A stretch of 64,000 bases of DNA from an uncultured Candidatus Binatia bacterium (GTDB lineage: Bacteria > Desulfobacterota > Binatia > UBA9968 > JAJDTQ01). Where the stretch lies: positions 2,368,001-2,432,000 of the forward strand of contig OZ243916.1 of assembly GCA_965213675.1 (NCBI GenBank). The letters are read 5' to 3'. This document shows, one piece after another, positions 39,264 to 48,934 of this stretch. The position numbers and the translations under genes are program-made. The notes under the pieces were generated by a model. It was not told where the DNA came from. It saw only the letters and a list, made by a program, of their open reading frames with translations, and searched no databases. Numbering within the stretch: position 1 is the first letter of the stretch; each line of letters starts with the position of its first letter.

Positions 39264-42200
39264 ATGGTCATGGTGAACGAAGGACGAGATGGGAACCGGG
39301 CGTTGGGCAGGAGGCATGGGGAGATAGCGGGGCGCGCGGAAAATAGTTTGGCTCAGGACTTGACAAGGCCTGAGTCAACCCATAATCGCCGGATCGCCGG
39401 ATCGCCGGATCGCCGGATCGCCGGATCGCCGGATCGCCGGATCGCCGGATCGCCGGATCGCCGGATCGCCGGATCGCCGGATCGCCGGATCGCCGGATCG
39501 CCGGATCGCCGGATCGCCGGATCGCCGGATCGCCGGATCGCCGGATCGCCGGATCGCCGGATCGCCGGATCGCCGGATCGCCGGATCGCCGGATCGCCGG
39601 ATCGCCGGATCGCCGGATCGCCGGATCGCCGGATCGCCGGATCGCGCTTGGTGCGTCTTCATGGTGGCGCCGTCTAGGGCGCTCCGCCTCCCGGCCTGAA
39701 TCTTCCGCATCCGCCCGCGGGCGTTCCGACACCCGCCGGCCCGCTTCCTCTTCCGACAGCTTCGCTCCCTCTCCCGCCCGCGCCGCGGCGGGCGCCCGTG
39801 CCGCCGCCCGCAATCTGCGGCGTGGCCTGCTGCCGGCCCTGCTTTGCCTGCCGCTGCTGTTCGGCCTTGCCGCCCCGGCCGCCGCACAGACGACACCGAC
39901 AATCTCCCCATCGACGCTGATCGAGGAAGGGAGCCGCGGTCGTCTCGGGATCGGTGTGACTATCAGCAATATCCCGTCGAGTTGGGTTGCTCCCATTACG
40001 CACTCGCTGACGACGACCGGCACCGGCACCGGTCACGCGACGCTCGCCTCAGGCGTTTGCCGCGATGTAGACACCTTAAATACCTCGTTAGACGCCTACG
40101 ACGTATGCGACGACGAAGGCACAGGCTACAGCTCGGGCTCGAACCTCTACACTCTCGCACTTAGGGCGAGCATCGATACTCACTCGGATTCGGGCGAGAC
40201 CTTCACGGTGACGCTGACGGACTCGTCGACGCCGCGGAATACCGTTTCGTTCACAATGACGATCAACGATCCGCCGGTGAGGATCGGGGTGTCGCTGCCC
40301 GACCAGGAGGGCGTATCCCGCGTCGGCGGCAATCAGCCCCATGAGGAGAGCACGGGCAGCGTTGTGTTCGACCTGAGCGCCGACGAGCCGCTGGCGAACG
40401 ATCTGACGGTGTGCGTGCGGGTGAGCGAGAGCGGCGGCAACCGGGTGACCTCGGGCAGGGGTATCCGGACCGCGACCCTGCTGGCCAGCGGCGTCAGCAA
40501 CGGGTCGGGCAGCTACACGGTCAACTGGACCGACACCGCCGCCGACGACCCGGACAGCACCGTCATCGTCCGGGTAGTGCCGCCGGAGGAGGCGGGCTGC
40601 TCGGCGACCGACGGCAGCTACGGGGTATCCGGTGACGACCCCTTGGATACGATTCTCATCCAGGACGACGAGGACACCACGGTCTCGCTCACGAGTTCGG
40701 ACAGGACCATGACCGAGGGCGACGCCTCGGACACGGCGACCCTGACGGTCTCGCTGGATCGCCGGCTTTATGGCGGAGAGACAATCGGCGTGCCGATCGC
40801 GCTGGCGTCGACCACCGGGGCGCGGCTGCCGGGGAGCGTGGACGGCGGCAGCACCGCCAACCACGACTTCACGGTCGCGGCCGCGGCCGGGAGCGGGCAC
40901 AGCGGGGTGACGCTGGCGAACGCATCGACGGCCAACCCGCGGGTGGTCTTCACCGGCCACGACAGCAACACGGTGCAGACGGCGACGGTAACGCTGACCC
41001 CGGTGGCGAACCGCGACGACGGCGACGCGGCCCATGAGACGATCACCGCGACGCTGAGCTCGCTCGGCCTGGTTGACACGACGGTAAGCGGCGGCGTGGC
41101 GGCGCATGGGACGAACAACGCGGCGACCCTGACGCTGGCGGACGACGAGGCCGCGCCGCCGCCGGTGACATGCTCCGCCCAGAACCCCATCTTCAATGAT
41201 ACCAGCCTTCGCATCCTCGAGACCGGCGAAACGACCTATTGCGTGCGCCTGACGACCGCCCCGTCCGGCGGTGACACCACCGTCACCATCGGCAGGATTG
41301 GCGGGGGCGCGACCGTCAGTCCCGCGTCGCTCACGTTCACGTCATCGAATTACGAAACACCCCAGCAGGTAACGGTGACCGGCATGGATGAGCCCGGTTC
41401 GCATCGGAATCGCACGACGCAGTTGACCCACACGGCCAGCGGCGGCGGCTATTCGAGCCAGAACCTGGGCCGTGTCCGGGTAGAGGTGGACGACGCGCCC
41501 GAGGTCGAGGCGTATTGGTACATCAAGGGCGGCGCGGGCGGCGTGCGGATCCGGCGACCGCATACGATAACGTCAACGCCCGGGCTGACGCCGTGGCAGA
41601 ACGCGGCACCCGGCGACAGGATATCCTATGCCGTGCGCCTGTCGAACCGCCCGGAGCCGGGCGGCACGGTGACCGTGATGGCGACGGTGCCTTCGGACAA
41701 GCGGAACCTCGTCGGCCTGTCGCTGACCAAGGACCGCGCCGCGCAAGACACGGTGACGGTGGAGTTCAAGGACCGCAGTCCCGGCGCAGGCACGGGCTGC
41801 AGCAACTGGTTCGGCCATCAAGCGCATCAATACTTCGACAGCCACGGCAACACGCGGACAGTGTCGGGCCGGCAGCCGAGCGAGAGCTACGACGGCACGG
41901 CGGACACGCCCTGGGAGTGCTGGCGCATGATTTATGTGGTCCGCAAGGACGCCTCGCGGAACATCGACGACACCTGCGCCGACATCACCCACACCGCCAC
42001 AGGCGGCGGCGTGCGCAAGGTCACGGTCGATACGATCCGCGCCCATGTAAGGAACCCGTCGCGCAACAGGCGGGGGTCAAGCGGTTACAACACCCAATGC
42101 CGCAACCTGACCGGCAACACGCAAGCGGCACCCGCGACGGCCGCCCCGGCGCCCACCGAGGCGGTGGCCAACCTGCAGGTGACGGCGGTGGACGACGCCA

Positions 42201-45200
42201 GCGCCAGCGTCACCTGGGACGCGGTGGAGCATGCCACCTCCTATGACGTGTCGTGGAGTGCCGAGAGCGGCGACTCGCTGAACGCTTCCGCCGGTGACTT
42301 GCCCGGCGTGACAGGCACCACGACCACCATCGACCACGGCGCCTCGGTGCCGATGACACTGACGGTCACGGTGACGCCGGAATATGTCGACAAGAACGGC
42401 GACACGCAGCAATTGGACAGCCTCGCCGGCACGGCAACCCTGGCGGTAGGGCCGGGCAGCGACGCGCTGAGCGCCAGCGCGCAGAGCACCGACAGCCAGG
42501 CGCCGGCCTGCGTCTCCGACGCCCTGCTGGCCGACGCCCGGAAGGCTGCGGGCGAGACCTGGCGGACGTCGCCGGGCCATGTCGAGCGCTGGAGCCGGGT
42601 GCTTGCCGCCTTCGGGGAGAGCAACGCCTGGAGCAACAACCCGATGACCATCGCCGAGGCGCAGGCGCAGGCGGACCGCGGCCTGAAGCGCTGGGCGCCG
42701 GTGGCGCCGGCGCTGGAATGCCTGGAGAAGGAGCCGGCGCAGGCGAAGGCGCAAGTAGAGGCGCAACAGGCGGTTCCCGCGATCACCGTAACCGCGGGAG
42801 CGGGGGTGACGGAAGGCACGGCGGCGGGCTTCACGCTCAAGGCCGATCCGGCGCCGGCGGAAGAACTCGCGGTGACGGTGGCGGTGGCCCAGACCGGCGC
42901 CATCGCGGATGCCTCGGCGCTCGGCGAGCGCATTGTGACGATCCCGGCCGGGAAGGCGGAGGCGGCCTTCACGGTGGCGACGCTGGCCGATGAGACCGAC
43001 GAGCCGGCGGGCGCCGTCACGGCGACGGTGAGCGACGGCCCCGGCTATACGGTGGACGACCAGGGCAAGAGCGCAAGCGTGGCGGTGGCGGACGACGACG
43101 CCACCGCGGTAGTGCTGACGGCGCCGGATGGCGACCTGCCCGAGGCGTCGGGCTCCAAGACGCTGACGCTGACGCTCGGGCGGGCGCTGGTGGAGGGCGA
43201 GAGCCTGTCGGTGCCGCTGGCGCTTGCCGGCACGGCCACGCTCGGCTCCGACTACACGCTGGCCGCGCCGGAGACGGCGCCCGCGGGCGTGACCTATACC
43301 CACCTTGGCGGTACCGACCCGAAGAACCCGCCGGAGGTGACCTTCGCCGGCGCCGCGGGGCGCAAGTCGGCGACAGCGGCGACGCTGGTGCTGGCGACGG
43401 TGGCGGACAGCGTGGCCGAGGGCGAGCGGGAGACGGTGACGGTGAAGCCGGGCACGCCGGTCGCCACCGGCCTCGGCGGCGGGGCGGCGGCCTCGGGCGC
43501 GGCCGGCTTCGCCATCCTGGAGCCGCCGCCGGAGATCGCGATCGCGGCGAAGACCGGGACCGTGGCAGAGGGCGCGGATGCCGCCTTCACCCTGACCGCG
43601 AGCCGGGCCCCCGGCGCGGACCTGACGGTCAACCTCACGGTCTCGGAGCCAGACGGCAGCGACTTCGTGGCAGCCGAGCATGAAGGGACCACCACGGCGA
43701 CCATGCCGAAGGGGGAGACCGAGGCCACCTTTACGGTGCCGACGGTGAACGATGTGGCGGACGAGCCCGGCGGGACGGTGACCGCGACCCTTGCCGGGGA
43801 CGGCGACAAGGGACTGCGCTACACGGTGGCAGCGGCGCCGGACAATGCGGCCTCCGTGAAGGTGACCGACGACGATGCGGCGGCGACAGCCCCCACCTTC
43901 TCGGTGGGCGACGAGACCGCCAACGAGGATGTCGGGTTGATGTATTTCACGGTGCGGCTCGACCGGGCCGTGCAGCAGGCGGTGAAGGTGACCTTCACGG
44001 CGCGCGAGGCGAGCCCGGTCTCGGCCCGGCAGGGCGAGGACTGGTTCTGGTGGTGGCCGAACGGCATCGCGCTCACCTTCCATCCGGGCCAGACCGAGAA
44101 GCGGATGTGGGTCTACGTCTACAACGACAATCACGACGAGGACCCGGAGACCTTCGAGGTGGCGCTGTCGAACCCGACGGGGGGCACGGCCATCGGCGAC
44201 GGGGTTGCGGTGGGCACCATCGTCAACAACGACCCGATGCCCAAGGCGTGGCTGAGCCGGTTCGGCCGCACGGTGGCGCAGCAGGCGCTGGACGGCATCG
44301 CGAGCCGGATGAGGGCGCCGCGGGAGGCGGGCGTGCAGGGCACCCTGGCGGGACAGGCGCTGCCGGACGGCAGCACCGCTTCCCAGGAAACCGGGTCCGG
44401 CCCGGGATGGCAGACCGCGGCCCATGACCACGCGGCGCCCGGAGCCCGGGCCACGGGCTTTACCGGCGGCGTCCAGGACGGCGCCGAGCCAGGGACCGCT
44501 TCAACATGGAGAGCCCTGAGCTTGCGGGAACTCATGCTCCAGAGCCGCTTCACCGCCACCGGCGGCAAGGACGCCAAGGGCGGCAGCCTGGCCTTCTGGG
44601 GGCGGGCCGCGCAGGCGCACTTCGACGGCAGGGAGGGAACCTTCTCCCTTGACGGCGACACCACCACCGGCATGCTCGGGGCGGACTACGCCCGGAACCG
44701 CTGGATGGCCGGCCTCGCCCTCACCCACAGCGAGGGGGAGGGCGCCTATGCGGACACGGACACGGCCCCTGAACCCTGCGCCGAAGCCGGCGCGGACCAC
44801 ATGAGCGACGATGCCAGTAAGGTTCTGTGCGAAGGCGCCGTGCGCGAGGGCGACGGCAGCCTCGACGCCTCGCTGACCGCGGCCATACCCTACGCCTCTT
44901 TCCAGGCCACCGAGCGGCTGAAGCTCTGGGGCGCGGCAGGCTACGGCGCCGGCGCGGTGACCCTCAAGCCGGAGGTCGGCGGCGTGTTCAAGTCGGACGT
45001 TTCCTGGACCATGGCGGCGTTGGGCTTCCGTGGGAACCTGTGGCCCCCGCAGAAGCAACGCTCCGGGCCGGCGCTGGCGCTTGAGTCGGACGCGCTCTGG
45101 GCGCGCACCTCTTCGGAGAAGACCCGGGACCTCGCGGCCTCGGACTCCGATGTGACCCGGCTCAGGCTCGGTCTGGAGGGAAGCTGGAAGATCGCCCTGG

Positions 45201-45790
45201 ACCAAAACGGCCATCTGACGCCCAGGCTCGAAGTGGGCGCGCGCCATGACGGCGGCGATGCCGAGACCGGCACGGGCATCGAACTCGGCGGCGGCATTGC
45301 CTGGAGCGACCCCGCCCTGGGCCTCCGCCTCGATGTCGAGGGCCGCACCCTGCTGGCCCACGGGTCCGATGATCTGGAGGACCGGGGCTTTGCCGCCTCC
45401 CTCGCCTACAACCCCGACCCGGCAACCACTCTCGGCCCCTCCCTGACTCTTCGTCAGGACTGGGGCGGACAGGCCAAAGGCGGCATCGACGCCCTGTTCG
45501 CCCCCGACCCCCTGGACACCCGCGGCGGCGCGGGCGGTACCGCCGAGAGCCGCTGGCTGGCCGAAGCCGCCTACGGCTTCCCGGTCCTCGACCGCCGCTT
45601 CGCCGCCAGCCCCCATCTAGGCTTCGGCTTCGCCGCCGGCACCCGCGACTACAGCCTGGGCTGGCGCTTCAACCCCCTGGCACGCAACAACGCCCCCGAT
45701 CTCCAACTCGGCCTAAACGCCACCCGAAGGGACGCCGCCCACTCAAAACCCGAACACATCCTCCGCTTCAAGGTCGCCCTCAACTGGTGA
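39264..45790 (+). CDS. Giant Calx-beta/FN3-like surface protein with C-terminal autotransporter-like beta-barrel; frameshifted at an octamer repeat in this assembly
   Basis: ATG 39264 with GGAGG RBS; leader homologous to the paralog start at 54727. The body frame is open from 39386 to 45790 and includes the signal peptide LRRGLLPALLCLPLLFGLAAPAAA/Q. Calx-beta-like repeats, RHDGGDAETG, terminal W. Confidence 0.8.
39385..39645 (+). repeat. Simple sequence repeat (ATCGCCGG)x32 plus ATCGC
   Basis: Counted directly: 39385-39640 is 256 nt, i.e. 32 perfect units. Confidence 0.97.
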
Positions 45791-45908
45791 CCTCCAAAAT
45801 GGCTTGGCACCCGCAACGCGTCCCGTCGGACTTGGCTGCGAGCACCCCGTGTTCGTGCGGCTACGGCCATTGAGGCGCTGTCGGTCAGGTCGATCACCTC
45901 CACGTCCA
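45701..45908 (+). repeat. Direct repeat copy 1 (3' end of surface-protein gene plus downstream DNA)
   Basis: Matches 55570-55758 (CTCCAACTCGGCCT...TTCAAGGTCGCCCTCAACTGGTGACCTC...GGTCGATCACCTCCACGTCCA). Confidence 0.9.
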
Positions 45909-46057
45909 TAGCGGGCGGCGCCCACGGGACGAACCGCCACGCCCATGCCGGCTGCGCGATGGCCTCCGCCCGCTCACGCGGACGCTCCCAGTAGTGGTTC
46001 AGGTCCGCCAGACGACGGGACGGTTCACTCGGTTCATTCCAGTATCGGATACGGGTC

Positions 46058-46492
46058 TCATCGCGGCTCGGCCGTCCATGGATCGATGGTCTCAACGCCG
46101 GTATTGCGGAACTCACCCGTGTTTCGCGTCACGATAGAGAGAGCCCGACATGCTGCGGCTCCAGCGAGAAAGGCGTCCGGAACATGATCGTCGAGCGGCT
46201 CACCGCGTCGGCGCTTTTCTTCCATGATCCGGGCACACGCCTCGGCATCGGCCATGGACCAGTCGAGGATGCGGTCCTCGAACAACTCGTCGAGAAGATC
46301 GTGGAACCGATCGGCGAGACTGTCCCGACGCCGGCCGGGAGCGAGACGTCCGATGCCGTTGAGGATCTCCCAAACGGTGATGGACGCGAGGCCGATGCCC
46401 TCGGCGGCGATGGAATCGAGAAAGGCGGCAACGCGGGGTTCAGGTCGCGGCCGCATCATTTCGGAGACGACGTTCGTGTCAATTAGATACAT
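46058..46492 (-). CDS. PIN-domain toxin (VapC/FitB family)
   Basis: MYLIDTNVVSEMMRP.P, ITVWEI..G, D.FLA..A, IVTRN..EF, IDPW. Confidence 0.9.
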   Translation of the reverse strand: MYLIDTNVVSEMMRPRPEPRVAAFLDSIAAEGIGLASITVWEILNGIGRLAPGRRRDSLADRFHDLLDELFEDRILDWSMADAEACARIMEEKRRRGEPLDDHVPDAFLAGAAACRALSIVTRNTGEFRNTGVETIDPWTAEPR

Positions 46493-46739
46493 CAAATTCT
46501 GAAGGCGATTCTGCCCTGTTTTACCCGTCGTCGCATGCCGCTCCTGATGCGATGTTGTCCTATAAGAGGTTGTATTGACGCGGTTATTCCTCATCTCTAC
46601 ACTGTCCTCCGCCTTGCCAACCCAGCGATGAGGCCGTCACAGCCTACGTCCACTGTTGCCGTCACCATGCTACCTCTGTGCTTACGGTTCTGCTACCGGA
46701 ATTCATCGCGCAGACGCCGCCTCGAAGGACCGCCGCACC

Positions 46740-46894
46740 ATGGCCGAACGCCAGTTCCGCACCCTCACCAAGCGCACCGTGGACCGTCTCTCGGTCAACG
46801 GCAAGGACGCCGTCTTCTGGGACAACGACCTTCCGGGCTTCGGCGTTCGAGTCTACCCCTCGGGCAGGAAGGTCTTCGTCGTCCAGACGCGCGC
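46740..46894 (+). pseudogene. Tyrosine integrase N-terminal arm-DNA-binding fragment
   Basis: MAERQFRTLTKRTVDRL...FWDNDLPGFGVRVYPSGRKVFVVQTR; catalytic domain absent. Confidence 0.8.
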
Positions 46895-47240
46895 CTTCGG
46901 CGACCAAGCTTTCGCGGATCGTGGCGTTGATTTCGTCGCGCAGCGCCCGCGTCGGGGCAATTACCCCGGTCGCTTCGCGCTGCAGCTCGTGCGGCAGGTT
47001 CAGCCACTGGCGCGCGGTCTCGGCCCCGATATCGCCATACTCCACTTGCCGGATGTTGTCGCCGAGCCTGGCGAACGCGCCCTTCACGTCGCCGGTGAGG
47101 CCGCCCGGATCGCCGCCTTCAACACGGCATCGCGCTGGCGGAGAATGTCGTCCATCATCGCCGTCTGCATCCCAGCGGCCCTGAGTTGCGCGAACGGCTT
47201 CGCGGCTGCGTTCCGCTTCGCGTCACCCGCCGCTGCACCA
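46887..47240 (-). pseudogene. MobF (TrwC/TraI) relaxase-helicase internal fragment, frameshifted
   Basis: KPFAQLRAAGMQTAMMDDILRQRD, followed in another frame by ARQWL.L...REATGVIAPTRALRDEINATIRESL. Confidence 0.7.
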
Positions 47241-47436
47241 TGCTGCGCATGAGTGCATCGGCGACTGCGCCGATCCCGGCGCACTTGCCCCGGACCGCGA
47301 TCCGGGACGGCCGCTCGCATCCCTCGCGGCACTCGTGCAGGCGCTCTTGCGGAGCCCGCCCGCACTTCGCCCGGCACTGTCTCGCGCAACCGCGCCGCAC
47401 TGCCAGCCGCTCAAGCGCCGCGGCGGCTCCATCGCG

Positions 47437-47718
47437 CCCATGTCGCGGCTTCAGGGATTCTTCCTTCTTCTCCGGATCGTTCGCCAGGATCACGCGGCGA
47501 CAGCACGAAAGGACTCCGTAGTAGACCAACAAGGGCTTCACGCTCATCTCCGAGCCGGCCGCGTTCCTGAAGTACTCTCGGCCATGCGCGAAGCATGCGT
47601 TGATCTGCCCTACCTTCGCGGAACTTGCGCTCCTCCCATGGACATTCCGATACCACTTCGCAACGAAATCGTGCGACTCGAAGCGCGAGATCGCCTTCCA
47701 ATGGATGCCTTCGACCAT
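47437..47718 (-). pseudogene. YaaC-like protein N-terminal fragment
   Basis: QINACF..GREYF.NA....SVKPLLVYYG...HG. Confidence 0.55.
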
Positions 47719-47900
47719 CCTCCCCAATCCCGTCGCACTCTCATCCACTCGCTCTGGAATGGTGGCTCGTTGTCGCCATCCTGCCTGCTTGCTGCCCACG
47801 GCGAAGCCAGTTTCTCGTGTTCCTCAGGGCGTCGGGAACCTGCGTCGCCACCGGCATCGCGCAACCGAGCTCCACGCCTGTTGCACACACTCCCGATCCC

Positions 47901-48595
47901 TTAGTTCCGGATTCCGCTCCGTCGGCTGACCCGATGGAGCCGATGCTCGAAATACCGCCGGAACGCCTCGTTCTCGGGCCACGCCCCCGGATCGGCCCAG
48001 ATCGCCCCCAGCCGTCCCACCAGCCCGGCGATCCAGTCCGCCGCCTGGATGGTCTGGTAGCGGTGGCTCTCCAGATGGAAGGGGGGTTCGATGAGATGGC
48101 GCCGCCGCTGGCTCCGCCCATACATGCTCTTGGCGGCTTCGGTCAGAAGCGCCGCACGCTGCTCATGCTCGTCGAGAATCAGGACGAACGCTTCCGGCGG
48201 ATCGCAATCTTCGCCGCAATGGCCGTCGATCCGCTTGATCGCCTCCAGGAACACCCTCGCATAGAGCCGGTTCGGGTTATGCCCACCCGGCGCCGCGGTC
48301 TTCCTCACACGGACATAGAACACGAAGCCGCCAAGCCGCTCGATCTTGTTGAACAGCCGGTTGGTGAACCTTCGGAGCTCGGGATACCGGGTCACGTTGG
48401 TCAGCGTGTAGAGGCTTGCTCCCTTCTTCTCCCACAGCGCGGGGTGCTCTCCCCGCCGTTCGATCTCGAAGGCGAGCAGCTCGCACTTGCGCTGGAAGAA
48501 CCAGGTCCCGAAGCCGCGCACCGCTTCCGCCGGAAGCACGAAGCCCGCCAGCCCGAACACCGGGCTCTCCCTGTATCTGGGGTGCTGGCGGCCGA
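47901..48595 (-). pseudogene. DUF3800-like protein lacking its N-terminus
   Basis: SPVFGLAGFV, WEKKG, LILDE, ESHRYQTIQAADWIA; 5' end replaced by relaxase sequence. Confidence 0.65.
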
Positions 48596-48735
48596 CGTAG
48601 AACGACTTCTGCGTGGTGAGATGGGGGTGGTTGGCTTCCATGGCGGCGATCACGGTATCGACCGTGCGGCCCTGGAAGGCATGCACGGTCGACGCCCAGG
48701 CCCGGTCGAGGTGGCGGAACTGCGGGTCGTCGTCA
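48596..48735 (-). pseudogene. TrwC/TraI helicase C-terminal fragment
   Basis: DPQFRHLDRAWASTVHAFQGRTVDTVIAAMEANHPHLTTQKSFYV. Confidence 0.72.
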
Positions 48736-48869
48736 AGCGCGTCGAGGCGCTCACCGCCGAAGGCCGGCTCCGCCTCGCCTCCGCACATCCCGACTACCCG
48801 CCCTACGAGTGCCGGGCCGACGAGGTCCACATCGTCGGCAAGGTGCTGTGGAAGGTCACCCGCGCCTGA
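48727..48869 (+). pseudogene. S24 peptidase (phage-repressor-like) C-terminal fragment
   Basis: VVKRVE....GRLRLAS.HPDYPPYE....EVHIVGKVLW. Confidence 0.62.
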
Positions 48870-48934
48870 CGCGTGGCGCGGCCCATGCCCCCCGCCGGCG
48901 CGGCGGGAGGCAATGGCAATGACGCCGCCGCGCC

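Noticed and set aside
39385-39645. Repeat tract as a CRISPR array, or ORFs 39268..40029 and 39375..39911 as repeat proteins
   Set aside because: It is a pure 8-mer with no spacers; the minus-strand ORFs exist only because the repeat has no stop codons.
39956-45790. GTG 39956 as the true start of an intact 1944-aa gene
   Set aside because: It lies downstream of an in-frame signal peptide, and paralog homology places the start at 39264.
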